A DNA stretch of 64,000 bases, taken from Ptychomitrium polyphyllum (Eukaryota). A model generated the notes under the pieces. It searched no databases. It was not told where the DNA came from and saw nothing but the letters and a program-made list of their open reading frames with translations. Every line of letters starts with the position of its first letter. The first letter of the stretch is position 1. The stretch spans positions 3,658,001 to 3,722,000 of the forward strand of contig OZ316776.1 of the NCBI GenBank assembly GCA_973851085.1, read 5' to 3'. The translations under genes and the position numbers were made by a program. Below are positions 12,801-24,463 of the stretch, one piece after another.

Positions 12801-15800
12801 TTTTAATGTTTGTTTGTTATTTGGACTGATGTGCCTGTTGCTGTCGCTTGTCTTGGATCTGTGTGTGTTAGACACGATAGTGAATGCTTTTTATATTTGT
12901 GCAGAGCATCTTATTTGGAGAAGTGATGACTGGGTTTGCCGTTTGCAATTGGTCGCTTTGATTTTAGCAATCTTCGTTAGTTGGTCATCTCCAGAACGTT
13001 TTTAGAAAAGTGTGGATTCTTAGTTGCTTGAGTTTATCCTTGCCAGCGGCTTGCCAGTCGATTGGAAAGCGAGCCAACAATGTTCGACGCTGTTGCGCGG
13101 GACGATGTGCAGCATACAGCATATCACGATGGCAACGTGATGCAGCAAATAGGGGCTCTTCTTTTAGAACTGGGCAGGGCCACGTTGTCCCTTCGCATGG
13201 GGCAATCTCCTGTAAGCTCTCCAGACTTTACTCCATTTTTCTTCACTAGAGCAGAGTTTGCCACGCTGATTTGCACCAGTACGAGTACAAACCAAGTAGG
13301 CTGTGTGGTCCCGACAATTTCCATGCGTTTCAAGTGAGTGGCACTGGTCCAATTACGAGATTGAAGTCGTCTTTGTGATTGTGCTGCAGAGCGAGTCTGA
13401 GGTCAACTCAGGGCCGGCTGTCTTCATTGTTCCGACGGGGCCAAACCCAATGATGGTTCAGGTTAGTACGTCCACGCGTTGTTACCATTTTGATTGTGTT
13501 GGTTCGTTGCAAAGCTTTTTACGTATTTGACGTCTTAAGTTCAGAGAGTGATTGAAGCAGTTTTGGTTGCGTTATCATCACTTGACATCATCACTTGTGT
13601 GTTTGTTTCGTCCTTTGATAATGCAACACTTGCAGGGTGCAAATGTTGCTTCATTCCGACAAGTCTTTGATCTTTCTGACATGCATCGTCACAACATTGT
13701 AAGTAGTGGGCCCAGGGAGTAACGCAATGAGTTGTACAGCAATTTGATGCTATGATTGAAAGATCCTGGGAAGGGTTGTACTGCGAAGGAATTTGTGAGG
13801 TGGTCAGGTTTTACTGATGCAAGTAACGACTTGCTACAAGGATCAATGCTATATGAAAATAGAAGTGGGGTACAAACATTAACTTGTGAGGATTAGTATG
13901 TCTACCATACAAAACTTCCATGGGCCTCACATCATGCTATAGTTCATCTTGATTATCTGGTTTTGCCTGACTATTTACTTTTTATTTTTTGGTTTTCTGC
14001 AGTCTTTACCGCCACAATCGGCAGGTGGTGTGGCTGTGGGAACCGGTCTACCATCCACTCCTGGTACGTTGGGTCCATCACCTGGTGTACCTGGAGTACC
14101 TAGAAGTATTCACGTTCATATCCATACAAGCGATCCTGGGGCTCTTATTGCTGTTCCCTCTTCCTCTGTCTCTTCTCCTCCACGACCCTTCTCATTTGAG
14201 GAACATGTTCGCATACCAGCTGGTGGCACTGGCTTCACTGTGCGGCAACTCCTAGAGCGGGCAGACCCCAGGAACGCATCGCATGCCGGTGCAGCACCAA
14301 ACGATGCGAGCGGACCTGGTCGCCCAAATCGTTCCAGCAATGACGCTGTCGACGGAGCCAATTTAGTCCCAGGCGGCCTTTCCTCTGGTTCGACTGGAAT
14401 GCAAGGTGCTCTTATGACTTTCGACGAGAATGGAGCTATGCGAGTGGTCCCTGTTCGTTCTCGTGGTGCTGGTTATCCTCCTTCTGGCAATCATGTGGAT
14501 CCCCTGCTTGCAAGGATTCAGCATCAGTTCAGTTTCCGACCAGTCTCTAACCCGCCGAATGATACACCTGTCGCTCCTGCTATGTATCCTCCGCCCTCAG
14601 CCTCCACTGGCTCATCTAGGCAGACGGATCAAGTTAGTCGCAGTCTACCAGGTATGGAGTTTCATACTTCGGCGCCTTTGCTGTTCTGCTGAACTGTACT
14701 TTTGTGTCACACACACACACACATATTTTGTGCCCTGCTCTATTAGGCAGTGAATAACCGTCATCAGCAGGGGTTCTGTTGGGCATGCTTCATCAGTGTT
14801 GCTCTATTTCTTGCAGTATCTATCAAGGTCCTTAGTGTAGATGATACCCCAGTAGACCGAGTCTTCAATAGTGCTCAGCCTCTGGTTAGCTACTCAGCCG
14901 TGCATCCTATTGGCGGACTAGAGGTTGTGAACTAGAGGATGTTCCGGTGTTTAGAATTTGACTCTTGGGGGTTATTTTCGGTGGACATCCTTCTAAGCTG
15001 GGTCCTTTGGCATGCTCGTTCTGTACTCTAACCCGTGAAAGCGGCTTCATGGTTGCTGCTACTGCTAGTGGAAGCTGAGCATTGGGCTTGATAGACCCTC
15101 ACTGGCTTCTCATTGCTGCAGCTTCCGATTCAATGTGGGACGAAGTAGTGAGATTTAATGCAGAGTTTGATATTCCTCGTATGGCTTCAGGGGAAGGCGG
15201 TGGGGCTGGAAGCGGGACTGGGAATGGTGAAGTTGCGCATCTCATGAGTTCTTTGGCACCACTTCTGCAACATTTCGCCGGTGCTCTCCAACAGTCAGGG
15301 GCTCCAACATCTCTTCAACAACAGGTTCTATTCTTACAGTCCTTGCTGAGATAACAAAAAGCTGAACGTTTGTGCTTTAGGAAGTGTCTTGCATGAAAAT
15401 TGTCGCCAACTGCGAGGTCATCTGGTCGACTCTGTTTAGATGAAGGGAGGCTGTAAATCGACGCATATTGTAAACAATGTGGAGTATTGACACGAGTAGA
15501 TAGATGGCCAATAGGGATGAGTAGAGTGGACCACTGTGGCTTCACAGGTTATGCGAGTGTGAGCGCCATGGTGCTCATGACGCGGTAGAGAGGGAGGGAG
15601 GAACATGAATTAATCTGTGAGGTGATTTTTCTAGCAGTCGAATTCTGAACCACAGCAGCCGCCAAGCACAGCCACAGTCGAACGGCAAGCAGAAGCTGAA
15701 GTCAGGCCAACAGAAGATGCACAGGCTAGTAGAGAGTCGCCCAACGGGGAGTCTGTTGAGCCAGCTTTGGATTCTGGGGTGACGAGCATGGTGTCAGATG

Positions 15801-18800
15801 AAGTGAGTGGGGATAATGAGAGGCCAGGGTCGAGTCCTCACCCTACTCCTGAAGGGCAGACATTGGAAGCGGGTGGGTGTGGTGACCCTAGTGGGGAAAC
15901 TTTGGATGCATCCGTTACTGCACCAGTTGGACTTGGGCTTGGGGGCCTTCAGCCTCTCCCAGCAAGGGTGAGTTAGTACATGTTTCTGGTGATTGATACT
16001 AAAGTGACTGTTGTTTTAAAAAAAATTCCCCCTCCCTTTTTCTTCGAGCAATGTGCCGCCACACCTGGGCACGTAAGTATTTCGGGGTTTTTTTTCTTTC
16101 TTTTGTGATGGTGGAGGGGACGCTGTACAGTTCGACTGTGTTGTGTACAGAGTCATAGCACAGCTTCGCAGCTGTGCTTAGAGGCAATGAACGTGGGAAG
16201 GTGTGAATACGCAATTGAAAACCAGCATACATATAATGTGTGCAGGGAAGGAGGCGGCGGCAGGCTCAGCAGTCCAGTCAGGATGGACAGCGGCAAGCAG
16301 TGCAGGAGACTCTGCAGAGCCTGCGAGCACAAAGGGATCTGGCAAATGACACGAATCAAAGGATGAGCATGCCCATGCCTTCTTTAGGCCAACTTGTGAG
16401 AGCAATTGGAGGAGGTGGTGATAGGCAGCAGAGCAGCCCGAGTATTATAGGGCAACTTATGAGGAGTCCTGTAGTGGAGAATCTCGTTCAACAGGTGATG
16501 CAGGGGGTTGGTGATGTGGAAGGAGGAGGTGGGCCCCGCCGTGGACCTGCAACTGGTGGCTTAGATTTGTCAGGTATGTTGCAGCATGTGGTGCCTGTAG
16601 TTACGCAAATGCTGAATGGAGGATCCTCGGTGGCATATCCGGGTTCCACAGCAGGCACCAGTACTAGAACGTCTACTGATGGCGCAGGAAGGGCAACCGC
16701 TTCTCGGGAATCCGAGTCTGAAAGATGGCAAGGTGCTCTAACACCGGTGAGCAAAATGTTCGCAAAGACGCGAACCCCATGGCTGCCGTCATTCCTTACA
16801 TGCATGTAAATACGAAATTGGTATTTGTGTCTCGTTGTCTGGTTCTCGGATTTTCTTTGACCTGGCCGTCACTGAGGAAACCTCCCTCTATGCAAGCGTA
16901 GGAAGGGTGGATCCATGATTGGAAACGCGGTATAGAGTGAAAAGATGCATCATGTGAGTCCAATCGGTAGTTACATGGCTAACTTGTGAAGAATCGTTAT
17001 CAAAAATGTAGGAGGAAGCAGCTGGCTGGAGTGAAACAATCGCAGCTGATGAAGAACTTCAGCAGTCTATGCCATCTCAGCGTCCATTGAGTGATGTTTA
17101 CCGCCGTGGAGCACCTGCTGGCAAAAGACAAAAGGTTTGTGGCTAATGCTTTACCGTGATCCTAAGCTCCTCATTGCTTCTATGTCCCATCTGAGGTGTT
17201 GTCTTATTGAGTCCCAATGCCGACAGCATTTTGTTTCACCTGGTATTGAAACAGGTATCTGAAGTCGAAATGTATTTGGCATCTCACTCTGTGGTTGGCT
17301 TATGAACACATCTAGCTTATCACCCAATGCATTGTTGTGCCGCCACAGTTGATTGGTGATACTGCTGAAGTATGTACTGGAAGGATCTCTTTTAGTTCAG
17401 CTCGTAGTTGGTAGTAGTCAGTCGGTGAAGATGTTTTCTTGCAACATTTCGTTTTGAGAAATGATGGTTCTTTTTCGTTGTTGAACGGGCCGATAACAAG
17501 CCTTGGAGAGGGGTTGTGCAGACTGCGGTAGAGGCAGCAGCAGAGAAGCTTGAGGATGGAGGATCAGCAGATGTTGTTCTACGAGACTTGGCTGATGCTG
17601 CAAGTGCAGAGATTTCAGGGAATAATGGGACTACCAGTACGGATGACTCGACCCAACAGGCGGTACGAGTTGATGGACTTGCCGAGGTACGTCAAAACTT
17701 GCTGTCAGATCACGAACTACACAAGTAGAGTATTCAGCTGGCAGTGCAATTGCAGTCGGTTTGTCGATGTGAATGCTGGTATGACTTCTGATGACCTAGA
17801 TTGTTGCATGATAGTTTGCTTCACCCCCATTGTGTCAAGTCCTTGAATACTGGTCACGTGGTGCGCTGAAGTAATTATGCTTGCTTCCCTTCAAATCGGG
17901 CATTGTGTACTTGAGAATAAGTAGGAGGGTGGCTGTGATCCACTTGAGGGTGCATAGTTGGGCAATGTGGGCGACTCCTGAATCACCTGCAAAGGCACGG
18001 CCTGCACCCTCAACCTCATTGTAGGGGCAGATTGAGTGATGCAGCTTGCAGCTTTTGCCTTTGCTTCATTATGGACATGAACTTGGTCATTTTTGGGGAA
18101 AAACGAATTTTTAAGGTAGAAACCATCTTTCTGGATGCTCACTACGGTGCCGCTGCTGTTGATTTTTTTGGATCTGAATAGACGATAATCATCTCACGAT
18201 ACTGTTAGGTCTATTCTTAAATAGCGGATGAGTATCGAGTTCCACGTTTGTCTTTGTGTTTGCCTGATTGAGATCAAGTCTACTGTAGATGGCTATAGCC
18301 TAGACACAGCTAACACAACTTTTTGGTAAGTCCGGGTTATATGTTATAGATATGCATTCGTTCTGGTAACGACGATGTTTGATAATGCTGGATTAAGTGC
18401 ATAGATAGCGCACAAGCAGGATGCTAAGATGCTGTACCATTTTGAAGTCCTTGTCTTGGTTCGATACTCTGTTTTTCCAGTACGAAATGGATTTGTGCCT
18501 TTACAGGGCTTTCTGGGGCCAGGGTAGTCTTGTGACGGACATGCTTAGGGGGGGCTTAGAGCTCAGCTTGCTGTTTGGTCTTGGTTTGCTGTTTTGGGCC
18601 ACATCATTTCTTTTGCTTCGTATGTGCACAATTGTGGGTATATTGGCCTATATCCGGACAGTAGTTGGAAGCCTTACACGGTTGAGATGCGAAGACAATG
18701 GGATGGGTATAGTAGTCAAATGTCATGTCATGTATATGTTACACAGACATTTTGAGGGGATCCATGAGCTGTGAACCTTGGTGATTTGTACCCAACATGT

Positions 18801-19070
18801 TTGGACTCCAACACTTATAATATGAACGCAGTGAAAAATCTCTTAGCATAGATCCTGTAATCAATAGTGTTCCTTGTCCGGTTATAGGCTAGTATACCCT
18901 AATGGATGGGTGCATCCTGCTGATGGCAGGCCTACTTGGTTGTACTATGCAATGACCTGGCTGCACGCGTGGCAGCAGACCCGGATTTCGGCGATGGCTC
19001 CCGCTTCCCACATGCAGCCCGAATCTTCCAGCAATCCCCGCAGACGCCAACGGAGCCAGATGGAGAGTGA
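9854..19070 (+). CDS. BAG6: BAG6/Scythe-like large proline-rich protein with N-terminal ubiquitin-like domain (CIP73-like), copy 1; about 17 exons
   Basis: Exons 9854-9985, 10248-10365 and 10581-10667 encode a UBL domain (VEIKIKTLDSQSYTLRVEKNVAVPALKEQLASVVGVPAENQRLICRGKVLKDDQLLSAYNVEDGHTLHLVAR). Internal motifs include VPDALTTMSQYLDRLE, LLLELGRATLSLRMGQSP, NSGPAVFIVPTGPNPMMVQ, PRSIHVHIH and QRPLSDVY. The last exon 18930-19070 reads AYLVVLCNDLAARVAADPDFGDGSRFPHAARIF..., resembling the BAG6 C-terminal domain. Some internal exon borders are approximate. Confidence 0.88.
10366..10580 (+). other. U12-type (minor spliceosome) GT-AG intron in BAG6-like copy 1
   Basis: The donor GTATCCTT matches the U12 consensus. 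A branch-like TGTCCTTAAAG lies about 11 nt before the AG. Splicing restores the UBL sequence SAY-N-VEDGHTLHLV. Confidence 0.8.
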
Positions 19071-19727
19071 TACTGATTGTATGCAACATTCTTGATACAG
19101 GATAATTTTCTTCATATAGACTGTAGATGTTCATTTAGGACAACTGATTAGTATAGTTTTTTTTCTTTCCCCTCCCCCCCCCCCCCCTTCCCCCTGTTCA
19201 GTACTTTATGAAATGCATGTAAGGTGCTGTGATGAGTATTGGTCTTTGCAGGTGAAAGCTTCCAAGCAGGACTTGGTTTTGAAATGTCATATCGAGCCTA
19301 GAGTGTTTTTTAGGACCGTAAAGATGAGGATTGTTCTTGCCAAGCCACAGGATGATGAATTCAACAGTGTCAAATTCCTGTCTCAAGCAGTGTTTTGTCG
19401 TGGAGTTGATTTTCAGACCCTAGGGTACTTTGTTGCTGGTCAGGTTTCGTAGGTGAGGTGTAGCACCTGAATGTCCAAGATTTTCCCATGTAGATTGAAG
19501 AGTATTGATACGGTCTTTGGTCGCTTGACCTGCCAGAGCTGAGTGTGCAAATAAAACTGTTTGGAGCAAAGATCAATCTTGCGTTAACCTCCACTCCCAC
19601 TCTTTCAATCGCTCTCTTCTACTTGCCGCCCTTCTCAACCACACACCCCTACTCCCTGTGGCCCCCCCTCCAATGGCAATCCTGACTTACTGTAACAAAA
19701 CTCCTTTTTCAATGACCCAACCCCAAT

Positions 19728-19850
19728 AATCCACCTCGCCAACATAATCAACCTTGCCAACAGAATCCACCTCGCCAACACAATCCACCTCGGCAACATG
19801 TTCTACCTCGCCAATATAATCCACCTCGTCAACATAATGCACCTCTCGAG
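19728..19850 (+). repeat. 18-bp tandem array (AATCCACCTCGCCAACAT), ~7 units; ~4 inverted units at 23737-23806
   Basis: Units are directly visible. Copy number differs between left and right sides, and the array marks the end of the near-perfect arm identity. Confidence 0.85.
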
Positions 19851-20087
19851 TTTAATCCATCTCTATTGATTGTATTTCCTTATTGTACCCAGAACCCTCG
19901 TCTGAGAATGACATATCCTACAATCACAGGATTCGAAATGAAATCTATGAAACCTACATTTTTTTCCTTGGACCTCTGTTTTGGTGGTCCATCAGTTTTG
20001 TTCTCTGAAGGATGTCGTATTTGTTTTTGGTTGTGGTTGGTGTAGCTCTGTTGAAGTGTGATGTGCATGTATGCGATAGTGTCTATT

Positions 20088-20230
20088 GTTCCATGGGAGG
20101 TTGGATGGTGTATTCTATGAAAGGTTGGATGGTTTGTTCCATGGAAGGTTGGATGGTTTGTTCCATGGAAGGTTGAATGGTCTGTTCCGTGGAAGGTTGG
20201 ATGGTCTGTTCCATGGAAGGTTGGATGGTC
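20088..20230 (+). repeat. 24-bp tandem minisatellite (GTTCCATGGAAGGTTGGATGGTTT), ~6 units; duplicated at ~21962-22104
   Basis: Directly visible. It produces the 8-aa periodic pseudo-ORFs (FHGRLDGL / TIQPSMEQ). Confidence 0.9.
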
Positions 20231-20241
20231 TTGTTTTTCCT

Positions 20242-21421
20242 TGTAGTGACTCTGTTGCACATCTCTTCTTGAGGAGTACTCGCAACACTAAGGGCACAAG
20301 GAGGACCCCGGAGGGACGTACGACACTTGTGGTACAAATAGTGAAGTGGCCCGAATAGGCCTAGCATGGAAAGGATCCCAAGGGCGAGAAACATCCTTGC
20401 CTATATAAACCGAGGGCCACGAGAAATAAGTTGTAAGCATTTGAGTACGCACGATGAGTTGATTGTAGAATGCTTAAGATTGCTCTAATTGGATAAAGGA
20501 GCTAAAAGATATGGCATCCCAAAATGGGGCTGCCAAAGGGTTGTTCTAGATTGTGGCAGTCCTAGACAATGACTATATTGGACTGGGACAGTATAGGGAG
20601 AAACTCCCTTGGAGTTCCGAACCTTGGGAGAGGCATATCTCCCAGAATACTAAGTCAAATCAAACGTTTGAGGAGTCTATTGGCATCTACGCAAATAGTA
20701 AATGACGACAAAGTGTTTGCTCAATAGATCTGAATACCAGCCGTGGAAGATATGGCTCCTTGAAGGTCCATAAAAAGTCTTGGAGGCATCCAGTCGCTAA
20801 GTTCCAAGGGAGATCGGGTGGTCTTCCAAAATTTTGGGTGTATCGAGGTTTAGCCAGCTACAGAGGGCCAAGGTCCTGCCGAATCCCATAGAGAATACTA
20901 TAGAGGAAGGCTAGCCGCCTTCCCCACTCACTAGTGTCTCGGTAGGAACCAAGGGTGAGTCACGGTTGGTGGAGCTAGTGTTGGAACTTCATTATGGAGA
21001 CTCCTATACCATTGTGCGCCGATAGCTGACCGGTATCATGACGGAACTAGTGAGATCAAAAGGGCACGCTTGTTACCATTAAGTTGGGGTGGTGTCTTCA
21101 CGTCAACACCATGATGGCCTGAGGTGATCTTAGGATCATATGGGATCATGAGTGGTGGTAAGGAGACACCACTAAGTGCGGTTAAGCCGTGTGGATTGGG
21201 AGTATCACCAAGTGAGGCCTTGGACATGAATGGAAGTCTGCACCCAACCATAGGCTACCAATCAATTGGGTGACATAAGAGAAATAGTACGGGGAATTAT
21301 AAACCAAGCGTGGGACTTGGACAGTGAAAATGGGGATTAATTACATGCATGTGGGAGTGTACATGATTGATGCTCTTGATGATTGTTAAGGTACACTACA
21401 AGGATTGCAACAGTCACTAGA
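20242..21421. mobile_element. Probable solo LTR (~1.18 kb); duplicated at 22116-23293
   Basis: Begins TGTAGTGACTCTGTTGCA and ends TGCAACAGTCACTAGA, an imperfect terminal inverted repeat close to the TG...CA form. It has an internal TATA-like CTATATAAAC at ~20401 and no long ORF. The target-site duplication is not clean (TTCCT vs TTTTT). Confidence 0.55.
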
Positions 21422-21478
21422 TTTTTAAAATACTGAAAGAAATTAACATGCATGACAAATAAAGAAGAACTAGCGCTC

Positions 21479-21669
21479 AAAATAAAACTTCAAGTAAATA
21501 AGTCTAGGTATAAACTAAGAAAGAAACACACTTCCCCTCTCAAAATAAAACTTCGAGTAAAAAAAAAAATCCACGTATAAACTAAAAAAAAAAAAAACTT
21601 CCCCTCTAAAAATAAAACTTCGGATAGATAAGTCCACGTATAAATTAAGATAGAAACACACTTCCCCTC
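21479..21669 (+). repeat. ~60-65 bp A-rich tandem repeat, 3 units; duplicated at ~23351-23541
   Basis: AAAATAAAACTTC...GTATAAA(C/T)TAA...ACTTCCCCTC recurs three times. Confidence 0.8.
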
Positions 21670-21748
21670 ACAACATGATTGAACTGTATAAAAAAACAAA
21701 GGCCACCCTTAAGAGAAAAAAGTGAGGCACCACCAAAATGGAAGTCAA

Positions 21749-21848
21749 NNNNNNNNNNNNNNNNNNNNNNNNNNNNNNNNNNNNNNNNNNNNNNNNNNNN
21801 NNNNNNNNNNNNNNNNNNNNNNNNNNNNNNNNNNNNNNNNNNNNNNNN
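21749..21848. other. Assembly gap (100 N) between two overlapping contig ends
   Basis: 100 N. Sequence 19975-21748 is repeated directly at 21849-23620 (offset 1874 then 1872; two 1-bp homopolymer differences near 20291-20308). Confidence 0.95.
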
Positions 21849-24463
21849 TCTGTTTTGGTGGTCCATCAGTTTTGTTCTCTGAAGGATGTCGTATTTGTTT
21901 TTGGTTGTGGTTGGTGTAGCTCTGTTGAAGTGTGATGTGCATGTATGCGATAGTGTCTATTGTTCCATGGGAGGTTGGATGGTGTATTCTATGAAAGGTT
22001 GGATGGTTTGTTCCATGGAAGGTTGGATGGTTTGTTCCATGGAAGGTTGAATGGTCTGTTCCGTGGAAGGTTGGATGGTCTGTTCCATGGAAGGTTGGAT
22101 GGTCTTGTTTTTCCTTGTAGTGACTCTGTTGCACATCTCTTCTTGAGGAGTACTCGCAACACTAAGGCACAAGGAGGACCCGGAGGGACGTACGACACTT
22201 GTGGTACAAATAGTGAAGTGGCCCGAATAGGCCTAGCATGGAAAGGATCCCAAGGGCGAGAAACATCCTTGCCTATATAAACCGAGGGCCACGAGAAATA
22301 AGTTGTAAGCATTTGAGTACGCACGATGAGTTGATTGTAGAATGCTTAAGATTGCTCTAATTGGATAAAGGAGCTAAAAGATATGGCATCCCAAAATGGG
22401 GCTGCCAAAGGGTTGTTCTAGATTGTGGCAGTCCTAGACAATGACTATATTGGACTGGGACAGTATAGGGAGAAACTCCCTTGGAGTTCCGAACCTTGGG
22501 AGAGGCATATCTCCCAGAATACTAAGTCAAATCAAACGTTTGAGGAGTCTATTGGCATCTACGCAAATAGTAAATGACGACAAAGTGTTTGCTCAATAGA
22601 TCTGAATACCAGCCGTGGAAGATATGGCTCCTTGAAGGTCCATAAAAAGTCTTGGAGGCATCCAGTCGCTAAGTTCCAAGGGAGATCGGGTGGTCTTCCA
22701 AAATTTTGGGTGTATCGAGGTTTAGCCAGCTACAGAGGGCCAAGGTCCTGCCGAATCCCATAGAGAATACTATAGAGGAAGGCTAGCCGCCTTCCCCACT
22801 CACTAGTGTCTCGGTAGGAACCAAGGGTGAGTCACGGTTGGTGGAGCTAGTGTTGGAACTTCATTATGGAGACTCCTATACCATTGTGCGCCGATAGCTG
22901 ACCGGTATCATGACGGAACTAGTGAGATCAAAAGGGCACGCTTGTTACCATTAAGTTGGGGTGGTGTCTTCACGTCAACACCATGATGGCCTGAGGTGAT
23001 CTTAGGATCATATGGGATCATGAGTGGTGGTAAGGAGACACCACTAAGTGCGGTTAAGCCGTGTGGATTGGGAGTATCACCAAGTGAGGCCTTGGACATG
23101 AATGGAAGTCTGCACCCAACCATAGGCTACCAATCAATTGGGTGACATAAGAGAAATAGTACGGGGAATTATAAACCAAGCGTGGGACTTGGACAGTGAA
23201 AATGGGGATTAATTACATGCATGTGGGAGTGTACATGATTGATGCTCTTGATGATTGTTAAGGTACACTACAAGGATTGCAACAGTCACTAGATTTTTAA
23301 AATACTGAAAGAAATTAACATGCATGACAAATAAAGAAGAACTAGCGCTCAAAATAAAACTTCAAGTAAATAAGTCTAGGTATAAACTAAGAAAGAAACA
23401 CACTTCCCCTCTCAAAATAAAACTTCGAGTAAAAAAAAAAATCCACGTATAAACTAAAAAAAAAAAAAACTTCCCCTCTAAAAATAAAACTTCGGATAGA
23501 TAAGTCCACGTATAAATTAAGATAGAAACACACTTCCCCTCACAACATGATTGAACTGTATAAAAAAACAAAGGCCACCCTTAAGAGAAAAAAGTGAGGC
23601 ACCACCAAAATGGAAGTCAAAGGACAAAAAAAAGGTTCCATAGATTTCATTTCGAATCCTATGATTGTAGGATATGTCATTCTCAGAGGAGGGTCCTGGG
23701 TACAATAAGGAGATACAATCAAAAGAGATGGATTATACTGGAGAGGTGGATTGTGTTGGCGAGGTGGATTCTGTTGGCAAGGTTGATTATGTTGGCGAGG
23801 TGGATTATTGGGGTTGGGTCATTGAAAAAGGAGTTTTGTTACAGTAAGTCAGGATTGCCATTGGAGGGGGGGCCACAGGGAGTAGGGGTGTGTGGTTGAG
23901 AAGGGCGGCAAGTAGAAGAGAGCGATTGAAAGAGTGGGAGTGGAGGTTAACGCAAGATTGATCTTTGCTCCAAACAGTTTTATTTGCACACTCAGCTCTG
24001 GCAGGTCAAGCGACCAAAGACCGTATCAATACTCTTCAATCTACATGGGAAAATCTTGGACATTCAGGTGCTACACCTCACCTACGAAACCTGACCAGCA
24101 ACAAAGTACCCTAGGGTCTGAAAATCAACTCCACGACAAAACACTGCTTGAGACAGGAATTTGACACTGTTGAATTCATCATCCTGTGGCTTGGCAAGAA
24201 CAATCCTCATCTTTACGGTCCTAAAAAACACTCTAGGCTCGATATGACATTTCAAAACCAAGTCCTGCTTGGAAGCTTTCACCTGCAAAGACCAATACTC
24301 ATCACAGCACCTTACATGCATTTCATAAAGTACTGAACAGGGGGAAGGGGGGGGGGGGGGAGGAGAAAGAAAAAAAACTATACTAATCAGTTGTCCTAAA
24401 TGAACATCTACAGTCTATATGAAGAAAATTATCCTGTATCAAGAATGTTGCATACAATCAGTA

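Larger units (their letters stand above)
7744..19791 (+). repeat. Left arm of ~12 kb inverted duplication (palindrome)
   Basis: ORFs throughout this interval have mirror ORFs whose coordinates sum to 43534 (e.g. 13949..14692 vs 28842..29585; 8368..9078 vs 34456..35166). Ends were checked by eye. Confidence 0.97.

Noticed and set aside
19213..19452. 79-aa ORF downstream of the BAG6-like stop
   Set aside because: No recognisable homology. It most likely lies in the 3' UTR or downstream region.
20088..20230. CRISPR-like array or repeat-protein ORFs (FHGRLDGL, TIQPSMEQ)
   Set aside because: These are head-to-tail 24-bp units with no unique spacers, no cas genes and a eukaryotic context. The ORFs are by-products of a repeat length divisible by 3.
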